From Nanobdellati archaeon (GTDB lineage: Archaea; Nanobdellota; Nanobdellia; Woesearchaeales; JAADFO01): a DNA stretch of 38,893 bases. This document shows, piece by piece, positions 8,087 through 15,692 of this stretch (positions are counted from its first letter, which is position 1; every line of letters begins with the position of its first letter). The translations under genes were made by a program, and so were the position numbers. Location: assembly GCA_013152815.1 (NCBI GenBank), contig JAADFO010000026.1, positions 1 to 38,893 of the forward strand, in the 5' to 3' direction. The notes below the pieces were generated by a model, which was not told the DNA's origin, made no database searches, and worked only from the letters and a program-made list of their open reading frames with translations.

Positions 8087-9022
8087 TCAGGACACATCCT
8101 CTGCTGTGAAAGACTGCTTGACAGGGAACTCCCGGCATCCCAGCTCCTTCAGCTTTGCCTTGTCATACTCGATGATGGTGAAGAAGGTGAAATATTCCTT
8201 GTCAGGCCTGCTCCGATCTATGAAATGGTCATAGAGCTGATCAGCAGCAAAGGCCACGCCGCCTGCCACCAATAATGCCCAGCCGATGGGATTTGTCAGG
8301 CTGCCGATGATGAGGACGGCTGCACCTGTTCCGCCCACGACCGATGTTACCACAATGGTCCCCTTGTTGCGGGCTGCCCAGGCAATGGCCTCCTTCATGA
8401 ATTGGATGCCCACTGCATGGATCATGACAAAGGCATATTTTTTTGAGGTGTCAAGCCCTTTGCCTCCTGCAAGAGAAGGTTCCTGGACGAGGGCTTCGCC
8501 GAACTGCTCTGCTGCCTTGGGCGAGACATGACCTTCGCAATAGTCGAGATAGGAAAGGTCACTCTTGCCGACATGCCTGGTCGCCAGATACTCCTGCAAT
8601 CCGTTGATTCTCGTCTTTCCTGGCGGGTCGAAGGACACCACCGAATCGACGGCACAGTATATCCCATCATCCTTGAACAGGGGTTCCTTCCCTCGCAGAT
8701 AATGGTCACAGAGAGGATAATAATAGTCCTCAGCGAGGATCTTCTTGACCTGCTCTGGATCGGTTTGGGTGATGGTGTCGTAGCGGGTGGGGCAGTTGAT
8801 GTTCTCGAAGAGATCGTTGCCAGAGAACTGGCCGAGGAGATGCAGTTCCACGCTCTTTTTGCAACCCAGGGAAGAGGTGATGGAATCTGCCTGCTGGCCG
8901 ACCCTGTTGACGATGGTGACGAGCAGGATGAGAAGCGTGAACAGCCCTATGATGAACCAGACCGTGATCGTCTGCATGGCTTTTCTGCCCATCCTTGGTG
9001 CTGTTGGTATCGTCGATGTCAT
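8087..9022 (-). CDS. Pilin-like Cys-containing protein with C-terminal Gly/Ala-rich hydrophobic hairpin
   Basis: GRKA/MQTITVWFIIGLFTLLILLVTIV; body resembles 9054..9962; C-terminal segment TIVVTSVVGGTGAAVLIIGSLTNPIGWALLVAGGVAFAA. Confidence 0.8.
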   Translation of the reverse strand: MTSTIPTAPRMGRKAMQTITVWFIIGLFTLLILLVTIVNRVGQQADSITSSLGCKKSVELHLLGQFSGNDLFENINCPTRYDTITQTDPEQVKKILAEDYYYPLCDHYLRGKEPLFKDDGIYCAVDSVVSFDPPGKTRINGLQEYLATRHVGKSDLSYLDYCEGHVSPKAAEQFGEALVQEPSLAGGKGLDTSKKYAFVMIHAVGIQFMKEAIAWAARNKGTIVVTSVVGGTGAAVLIIGSLTNPIGWALLVAGGVAFAADQLYDHFIDRSRPDKEYFTFFTIIEYDKAKLKELGCREFPVKQSFTAEDVS

Positions 9023-9053
9023 GGTGTCTTTGGTCCTGCAGCCAGAAGCTTGT

Positions 9054-9962
9054 TCATCGATCTTTCATAGGTGATGGCGCGTTGACGAAGAGGGAGCAGA
9101 AGGGCATCATCATCTTGTCGCCACCCACGATGATCTCCACCGGCTTGGTCGGGGAGAACTCGGGAGGCACGAGGTAAATCCCGCCGATGGCGTGACATTC
9201 TTCGCAATCAGTGAAGGGATAGGTGAGAGGAAACGAGGAAGCCAGGGAACCCCAGAAATCCTCCCAAGGCCATGGCCCGGCATCTGTGATGGAGAAATAT
9301 CTGCTGAGTTTTGTCTGAAGTTTCACCATCTGCAGGATGATCTGCGAGCCATCCTTTACCTCCTGCTCTGTTCCCTTACGGGCATTGCTGAAGTCTGCCT
9401 TTTTCGGATCCTGCTTGTAGAGGTACTGCCAGTAGCTGTGGTCCTTATCGAACGGGCCGTTATGGCCTGTGAGATAGCGTTCCAGGCCAGCTATCTCGGG
9501 TTTCTCCATGGAACGCAGGTAGGGAAGCAGTGATTTATCGAACCAGATAGTGTCGCAATAGAAGCAGATGGGCCTGTCCTTAAGGTTCCAGTCAGAGAAC
9601 GGATCATACTTTCCTGCGCCCACCGTATCCCAGCACTGCGCCATGGCATCGGCGACGAGCTTGTTGGCCTTGTCTGTATCGATTGCCGTGCGCTCTTTGT
9701 TGAGAACATTGTTGGTTCCCTTGGTATCGAGGATAACCTCTCCCGGCTTGCAGTCGACCGAATAGAACGTATTCGACCCCAGCGGATTGACGGATTTCCC
9801 GAGATAGGTCAAAAAGATGCCTCGTTTGCATGCTGCCTTATCGCTTGCCCGGGAGATGGTGTTCAGGCTCTTCCCGAGGATCGGCACATAGATGGCGAAA
9901 CTCAGCAGGAGTATGACCAAGAGGACAGTGAACGTCGATAGGGCCTTCTTCCCCCGGATCAT
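9054..9962 (-). CDS. Pilin-like Cys-containing protein, paralog of 8087..9022
   Basis: Start moved to ATG 9962 (ATGA overlap with the upstream mini-pilin): MIRGKKA/LSTFTVLLVILLLSFAIYV; ADAMAQCW...G.GK..PF...CFYCDTIWFD...GLERYL. Confidence 0.8.
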   Translation of the reverse strand: MIRGKKALSTFTVLLVILLLSFAIYVPILGKSLNTISRASDKAACKRGIFLTYLGKSVNPLGSNTFYSVDCKPGEVILDTKGTNNVLNKERTAIDTDKANKLVADAMAQCWDTVGAGKYDPFSDWNLKDRPICFYCDTIWFDKSLLPYLRSMEKPEIAGLERYLTGHNGPFDKDHSYWQYLYKQDPKKADFSNARKGTEQEVKDGSQIILQMVKLQTKLSRYFSITDAGPWPWEDFWGSLASSFPLTYPFTDCEECHAIGGIYLVPPEFSPTKPVEIIVGGDKMMMPFCSLFVNAPSPMKDR

Positions 9963-10081
9963 GGTGCCGACCCCAGAAATATCTTTTTGACGATGATATA
10001 GACGAAGACAAAGAAGGTTATGATAAGGACAAGATAGATGATGGTCTCCAGACCCGGCACTTGCCCTTTTTTTCTGGTCAT
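9959..10081 (-). CDS. 40-aa mini-pilin (not in ORF track)
   Basis: Hand translation MTRKKG/QVPGLETIIYLVLIITFFVFVYIIVKKIFLGSAP*; GGAGG SD; ATTTAAAT box at about 10128-10135; stop overlaps the next ATG. Confidence 0.8.
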   Translation of the reverse strand: MTRKKGQVPGLETIIYLVLIITFFVFVYIIVKKIFLGSAP

Positions 10082-10241
10082 GGTTGCTCAGCCTCCAAGA
10101 AGCACAACCCATCTGAGGAGTATCCTAATTTAAATGCTGCGATTTATGGGGCGGATCTTACAGGAAAACAGGCAAGGAGGGGGATGAAGATGAGCAGCAG
10201 CGCCAGGAAAAGGATGATGATACTGGAAAAGCGGGCATTGG

Positions 10242-10485
10242 TCAACTCTTGATGCCGAGAGAGATGCAGCATTTCTGGTCAGAGAGCTGACAGTCGGTGT
10301 TGGGAACGATGGGACCCTGGCATGAACCGGTCACACAGCTCCCCCCTTTGGTCGTGCAGGAAACAACATCCTCAGAGAAGATATTGATCTTTCCTGAAAA
10401 GATGGCGACAAGCACCACGAGCACGATAAGAGCGATGGCAGCAACGATGATGGTCGTGATGGATGGAAATGTCGGCTTTTTTCAT
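10242..10485 (-). pseudogene. Short six-Cys pilin, frameshifted (or mis-assembled) just after the signal peptide
   Basis: ATG 10485 gives MKKA/DISI, then TCCATCCATCACG carries a 4-nt duplication. Removing it restores MKKADISITTIIVAAIALIVLVVLVAIFSGKINIFSEDVVSCTTKGGSCVTGSCQGPIVPNTDCQLSDQKCCISLGIKS. Confidence 0.75.
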
Positions 10486-10786
10486 GGGGGCATCATCATA
10501 GGAGCATCGGTTAGCACCACAGAGCATCATGACCTGCAACAGTCCTCGAAGGAGGAACAATCTATCCAACCGCCTGAGGGGGGAAGGATTGTGGGGCCGC
10601 AGGAACTGTCTCCGTTGCTTTGCTTAGCCTTGCATATCCCGCCCTGAGCACCACAGACATTGTCCTGTGTGCCTTCGGTGGTTGAGCTGTATCCTTCAGA
10701 GAAGATATTGATCTTTCCTGAAAAGATGGCGACAAGCACCACGAGCACGATAAGAGCGATGGCAGCAACGATGATGGTCGTGATGG
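10372..10786. repeat. Perfect 91-bp direct repeat (10372..10462 and 10696..10786) encoding the shared pilin N-terminal helix
   Basis: Base-by-base comparison: tcagagaagatattg...atggtcgtgatgg is identical in both copies. Confidence 0.95.
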
Positions 10787-10799
10787 CAGCTCGTTTCAT
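10527..10799 (-). CDS. Short pilin with six-Cys head
   Basis: MKRA/AITTIIVAAIALIVLVVLVAIFSG, then C-x6-C-x10-C-x13-C-x5-CC. Confidence 0.85.
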   Translation of the reverse strand: MKRAAITTIIVAAIALIVLVVLVAIFSGKINIFSEGYSSTTEGTQDNVCGAQGGICKAKQSNGDSSCGPTILPPSGGWIDCSSFEDCCRS

Positions 10800-10892
10800 G
10801 GTGGCATCAGGATTCAGGCACGTCTCGATTCAAATGGACATCATATCGCCGAGGACAACAGATGAAAAGAAAAAAGGAAAAGAGGTGCGATG

Positions 10893-11135
10893 CTATGCCT
10901 TGACACAGCAGACCTGATTGGAATCTGCAGGGCAGGACCAGGCATCATACTGTATCGAATAGGTGCTGTCGCAGGCATCCAGGCATTGGCCTCCTTTGTT
11001 CTGACAATCTGCTGTCTGCTCGGAGAAACTGCCTATCCTTCCCAGGAAGATCACTGAAAGGACCACCAGGACAAGGAGGGCTATGGCTGCAATGATAATG
11101 ACGTTCATAGAAATTCCCTGGGCTTTCTTAAGCAT
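10893..11135 (-). CDS. Short pilin with six-Cys head; candidate major pilin
   Basis: MLKKAQG/ISMNVIIIAAIALLVLVVLSVIF; C-x6-C-x3-C-x12-C-x7-CC; strong SD GAGGTGAT (11148-11141), own TATA box, U-rich tract after the stop (10862-10885). Confidence 0.88.
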   Translation of the reverse strand: MLKKAQGISMNVIIIAAIALLVLVVLSVIFLGRIGSFSEQTADCQNKGGQCLDACDSTYSIQYDAWSCPADSNQVCCVKA

Positions 11136-11174
11136 TGAATATCACCTCGGTATGATGATTTCTTGCATGAACTC

Positions 11175-11187
11175 ATATATAAAGGTT
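11175..11187 (-). promoter_or_regulatory. Putative TATA box heading the pilin cluster
   Basis: AACCTTTATATAT on the minus strand about 40 nt upstream of ATG 11135; the divergent CTATATAAAT at 11303-11312 would serve PCNA. Confidence 0.6.
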
Positions 11188-11364
11188 ATGTTGGGTGCGA
11201 AAGAGAGGCCGTCCTTATCTGAACCCCACATACCTTTCAATATGGAAAAGAATGCCCGGCCCCTGGAAAAAGGTTGAAAACCGTCCAGGAAACAGCAATA
11301 AACTATATAAATCCTCAAGAACCACCCAAACCCGGCATTTTAGTAAAGACCCGGGGGAATCATC

Positions 11365-12105
11365 ATGAAATTGACACTCACTGAACCCAAGTATCTCAAG
11401 GACTCCATCACCATCATCTCTGAGCTCGTCAACGAAGCCAGGTTCAGGGTGACCAAAGATGCTATCGAACTGGTGGCCATGGATCCGGCCAATGTCGCCA
11501 TGGTCATCTTCAAGCTTCTTGCTTCGAACTTCACCGAATATCAGGTCGAGAAGGATGCCGACATCTCCATCAATCTCTCGAACTTCAAACAGATCCTTCG
11601 CCGGCTCAACAGCACAGACATCCTGACCCTGGAACTGGAAGAGAACAAGCTCAAGGTCGAGATGAAGGCAAAGACGAAGAGGACATTCCACCTCCCGCTC
11701 ATAGAGATGGAGGAGAAGGAACAGAAGATCCCTGATCTCAAGTTTCCTGTCAGTGTCACCATCCCCTCGTCGGCATTGAATGAAGCGGTGGAGGATGCCG
11801 ACATCGTCGCAGAATCCCTGGCGTTCATAGCATCGAAAGGCCTGTTTGTCGTGGAAGCAGAAGGCGACCTCAACAAGGCAAGGGTCGAACTGACCGCGGA
11901 TGATGACACCAAGATCGACATAGAAGGGGATGACATCAGATCACGCTACTCCATCGAATATCTCAAGAAGATGATAGCCGGTTCGAAACTCTCTGACAAG
12001 GTAGAGCTTAAGTTCAACAAGGACTACCCGCTCAAGATAGAATACAAAGCACTTGACAAGGTCTTCCTGGGATTCATCCTCGCACCAAGAGTCGAGAATG
12101 ACTAA
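11365..12105 (+). CDS. pcn: DNA polymerase sliding clamp (PCNA)
   Basis: 246 aa; AMDPANVAMV, YSIEYLKKM, DYPLKIEY, FILAPRVE. Confidence 0.97.
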   Translation: MKLTLTEPKYLKDSITIISELVNEARFRVTKDAIELVAMDPANVAMVIFKLLASNFTEYQVEKDADISINLSNFKQILRRLNSTDILTLELEENKLKVEMKAKTKRTFHLPLIEMEEKEQKIPDLKFPVSVTIPSSALNEAVEDADIVAESLAFIASKGLFVVEAEGDLNKARVELTADDDTKIDIEGDDIRSRYSIEYLKKMIAGSKLSDKVELKFNKDYPLKIEYKALDKVFLGFILAPRVEND

Positions 12106-13579
12106 GAGAAGGACGCAAAGGACAAAGCTGATCCTGGTTCTCATCCTGCTCGTCGCCTTTCTTCTTCGTCTGACAGCGCTCGGCGCAGAAGACATCTGGA
12201 TAGATGAAGCGTATTCTGCCGCAGAAAGCCAACACGGCATCGCGAGGATATGGAACAGCAACGACCCCACACCCCCCCTGTATTATGTGTTCTTGTATTT
12301 CTGGATGGGCCTTTTCGGCAGCAGCGTGTTCATGCTTCGTCTTCTGTCGGTATTCTTCGGGACGCTTCTCGTGCTGGCAGGATACGCTCTTGCCCGACAT
12401 CACTATGACGAAAAGACAGGGCTCCTTGCTGCAGCGCTTCTCGCCTGCAGTCCGGGGCTGATCGCAGCATCCCAGAATGCCCGATCCTATGCGCTCTTCT
12501 TCCTCCTTGCGACGCTGTCGACCTATATGTATGTCCGGTGGAAAGAGAGGGATGCCGCAGGAACACGCGGCTGGTATATCTTGACGAGCACGGCAATGCT
12601 CTACACCCATCCCTTCGGCGTGTTTGTTCTCCTGGCCCAAAACCTTCATTTCTTCACGGTCATCGCTCATTCCGAAAAAAAAGAGGCAAAAAAAGAGGCA
12701 AAGAGACAGGAACCCAAACAGGGAATTGCCGGCTGGGCAGGAATACAGGCAGCGATCTTCCTGCTGTTCGTCCCCTGGCTCCTGCGTCTGCCGGGGATCA
12801 TCCAGACCGGAACGCTCGGTTGGCTCCCTCGCCCGACTCTCGCCTATGGCATCACGACAACGCTTACACTCATCGAAGGAACAATCTATTCACGTATCGG
12901 AGCCGTGACAGGAGTTCTTGTCCTGGGGCTCCTTGTATTGCTGTTGAGCCAACGATCGACAGACGAAAAAAAGGGAAACGCAGACGGCCTGTTGCTCTGG
13001 TATTGGCTCCTGGCGTCCTATCTTGTGCCGTTCATCCTGGCACTCATCTTCATACCGGTGTTCACCACAAGATATGTACTCATCGCGGCCATCCCCCTGC
13101 TCATATTGGCAAGCAGAGCGATAATAACGCAGAAAAAGACCGCGCGAAATGTGCTTGCCGTTATGCTCGTCACGTCGCTTCTCCTCATGAGCCTGTTCCC
13201 GTTGCAAAGCACCATGAACCCCCGTTGGAGCGAAGCCGCAAAGGTTCTGGAAGAACGACGGGCAGCAGACGAACCGCTCATCGTGTTGCCTGCCTATGAG
13301 GTGCTGTCATTATCGTACTATCTGTTACCTGCTTGTTTCCAGGCAACCGACCGAGAGCGATGCTACCAGAAAAAGGGTCTGGTGGCACTGCATAGTCCGG
13401 AGCAGGCAAGGCAACTGGAAGGCAGAGACTATTGGCTGGTGCGTACGTCCGGTCTCACGAGCCAGAATATCGGCCTTCTGATGGACACGTTGCAGGAAAG
13501 ATATGATATTGATTCGGTCAGGGCACATCAATCAGGACAACCAACATATGCTGCTTCGTCTTTTCTCCTGGGCCCTTGA
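12098..13579 (+). CDS. GT-C fold membrane glycosyltransferase (PMT/GT39-ArnT-like)
   Basis: LRL..LG...IWIDEAYS, PPLYY, LRLLS, SQNARSYAL, many TM helices; ATG 12098 overlaps the PCNA end. Confidence 0.85.
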   Translation: MTKRRTQRTKLILVLILLVAFLLRLTALGAEDIWIDEAYSAAESQHGIARIWNSNDPTPPLYYVFLYFWMGLFGSSVFMLRLLSVFFGTLLVLAGYALARHHYDEKTGLLAAALLACSPGLIAASQNARSYALFFLLATLSTYMYVRWKERDAAGTRGWYILTSTAMLYTHPFGVFVLLAQNLHFFTVIAHSEKKEAKKEAKRQEPKQGIAGWAGIQAAIFLLFVPWLLRLPGIIQTGTLGWLPRPTLAYGITTTLTLIEGTIYSRIGAVTGVLVLGLLVLLLSQRSTDEKKGNADGLLLWYWLLASYLVPFILALIFIPVFTTRYVLIAAIPLLILASRAIITQKKTARNVLAVMLVTSLLLMSLFPLQSTMNPRWSEAAKVLEERRAADEPLIVLPAYEVLSLSYYLLPACFQATDRERCYQKKGLVALHSPEQARQLEGRDYWLVRTSGLTSQNIGLLMDTLQERYDIDSVRAHQSGQPTYAASSFLLGP

Positions 13580-13699
13580 CTTCAAGACCCTGAACAGAGG
13601 CAACCTTACAATCGAACATCTGAAGAGAAGGCCCGCCACAGGATAAGGAGGAGGGGATGGACCGTATGTTGCGATCATGGACGAACAGGAAAGAAAGGG

Positions 13700-14398
13700 T
13701 CAGTCATATCTCTCGGTCTTGATGGCGTCCTCAGAAAGGCCCCTCTTCTTCAAAGCGGCGACAATATCATCGACCAATGCAGGGGGACCGCAGACATATG
13801 CCAAGACCGCGTCCGGATGTTTTATCTCGATTTGCTGCAGATCTATCCTGCCCTGCAGGCAGCCGGAAACGACTTCCCTGCTCACATATTGCGTGTAGGA
13901 TACGAGGGGAAGCGTTGCTGCGTACCTCTCCAGTTCTTGACGATAGAGAAGATCTCTTGCTTTTCTTGTGCTGTGGATAAGATGGATCCGCCCGGGATAT
14001 TTCTGCAGGACGAGCGTCCGTAACATGCTCAGGAGAGGAGCCAGGCCAGACCCCGCACCGATGAGGCAGACCCCTTTCTCGTCTCCAGCTGACACATCAG
14101 AAAGGACAAACTTGCCGAATGGTCCGCTCAGCTCAAGGACATCCCCCTGCTGTGCAGTATAAAGTCGTGGACTGACCGCTCCTGCATCGACCTTTTTTAT
14201 GAAGAATTCCAGATGCCCTGTTTCCAGAGGAGACGAAGCGATGGAAAAGGCTCGTCTGTCACACAGGGGATCCTCTTTTCTGCGTATCATGACAAATTGC
14301 CCCGCAAGGAAATCAAACGCAGGGGGGCGTTCCACCCGCAACACACAATAGGGATCTGCAGTCTTGTTCTCCAGGACCTTCATGAAGTGCCGGTTCAT
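13700..14398 (-). CDS. Ferredoxin-NAD(P) reductase-like FAD/NAD(P)-binding oxidoreductase
   Basis: AGQF, RAFSIAS, GAVS, GPFG, IGAGSGLAP, YVCGP, terminal ERY. Confidence 0.9.
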   Translation of the reverse strand: MNRHFMKVLENKTADPYCVLRVERPPAFDFLAGQFVMIRRKEDPLCDRRAFSIASSPLETGHLEFFIKKVDAGAVSPRLYTAQQGDVLELSGPFGKFVLSDVSAGDEKGVCLIGAGSGLAPLLSMLRTLVLQKYPGRIHLIHSTRKARDLLYRQELERYAATLPLVSYTQYVSREVVSGCLQGRIDLQQIEIKHPDAVLAYVCGPPALVDDIVAALKKRGLSEDAIKTERYD

Positions 14399-14498
14399 CT
14401 GTGTGAGAAGGACCCGACGGTATATAAAATTGACGCAACACCCCCGCAGGATGCGTTTGCAGTAAACCTTTTTATATCAGCAGAGCATCCGGTCCCTG

Positions 14499-15632
14499 AT
14501 GAAAAGAAAGAGGTGGCTGTTTCTGGTAGGGACCCTGCTTTTTCTGGGGGCCGTCGTACTCACAGGAGTATATTATTATCAGAGGCTCTTCAAGGACACC
14601 ATCGCGGAAAATATCAATGCGTTCTATGGCAAAGCGGGCGTTTATTTCCCCCGGCTGCTCATCATCGTCTTCATCATTTTCGGGACCAAACTGCTGTTGC
14701 ATGTCACGGATAACGTCCTGCATAAATATTTCCATTACATGGACATGGAGCGGGAATACTATTCGTTCTTCACCCTCGTGAAGTACCTGTCATGGTTCAT
14801 CGCCATCCTCGCCTCTGTTTCCATCTTCTTCGGCAACATCGGTGCCTGGCTCACCTCCCTCGGCCTGATGGGCTTCGGTATCACTTTTGCCCTGCAGAAA
14901 CCCATCCTGAATTTCGTGGGATGGCTCACCATCCTCTTTGTGAAGACCTACACTCTGGAAGACAGGATAAGCATCAACGGACTTCGGGGAGACGTGGTCG
15001 AGATCAGGATGATGTATACCGTCCTGGATGGTCTGCTGGAAAACTCGGACGAGCTCTCCGGAAAGACCATAACCGTGCCCAACGAGATGGTCCTGACGTC
15101 TGCGGTGGTCAATTTCACCAAGACCGGCTATTTTGTCTGGGACGAGGTCTCTGTCCAGATCACCTATGAAAGTGATTGGAAGGCGGCATTCACCATGCTG
15201 GAGGACATCACCCAACGCATCATGGAAAGCTATCTGGAGGGGATCCGGCCGAAGATCATCAGCCACCATCACAACCTCGTCGACCTGTTCCATGAACTGA
15301 GGAAGCAGCATTCTGAAGAGGAAGACGAGGAGAAGAAGACCCAGCTGCACCATCAGCTGAAACAGATCCATCACGATAAAGAAAAGGCCGCCTCTGACAG
15401 GGAAAAGATAAACAGCGAACGTTTCAGGAAACCGATCGTCCGGGTAGCCCTCCTCGAGTCGGCCGTGGAACTGAATGTCCGCTATCTGGCCTATTACAAG
15501 AATCTCCGCTCCATCAAATCAGACATCTATCACACGTTCCTGGATCGTACCAAGAAGAGGAAAGACATAGAGATAGCGTATCCTCACCTGCAGCTGGTCG
15601 TCGGGAAAGAAGGAAGGAACATCCTCCGCTGA
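14499..15632 (+). CDS. mscS: MscS-family mechanosensitive channel
   Basis: SLGLMGFGITFALQKPILNFVGW, DRI..GLRGDV, VPN..VL...VVNFT, ITYESDW, IEIAYPH. Confidence 0.9.
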   Translation: MKRKRWLFLVGTLLFLGAVVLTGVYYYQRLFKDTIAENINAFYGKAGVYFPRLLIIVFIIFGTKLLLHVTDNVLHKYFHYMDMEREYYSFFTLVKYLSWFIAILASVSIFFGNIGAWLTSLGLMGFGITFALQKPILNFVGWLTILFVKTYTLEDRISINGLRGDVVEIRMMYTVLDGLLENSDELSGKTITVPNEMVLTSAVVNFTKTGYFVWDEVSVQITYESDWKAAFTMLEDITQRIMESYLEGIRPKIISHHHNLVDLFHELRKQHSEEEDEEKKTQLHHQLKQIHHDKEKAASDREKINSERFRKPIVRVALLESAVELNVRYLAYYKNLRSIKSDIYHTFLDRTKKRKDIEIAYPHLQLVVGKEGRNILR

Positions 15633-15692
15633 AGAGAAGAAAGAAAAGGGGACAGGGACGCGCGGGATGGGATGAAAGACGGTCAGGGCCGG

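Noticed and set aside
10372..10786. Possible DGR template/variable repeat pair or IS ends
   Set aside because: The copies are identical direct repeats with no adenine-specific mismatches, and no reverse transcriptase or transposase is in the window.
1..11135. Archaellum operon, provirus lysis cassette or bacterial contamination
   Set aside because: No archaellin-type sequence or arl accessory genes, and no capsid, terminase, integrase or holin. The enzymes are fused to archaeal-style class III leaders, use TATA promoters and run directly into archaeal PCNA.
12675..12706. 12-bp tandem duplication aaaaaaagaggc in the glycosyltransferase
   Set aside because: In-frame KKEA-KKEA in a loop; no sign of functional consequence.
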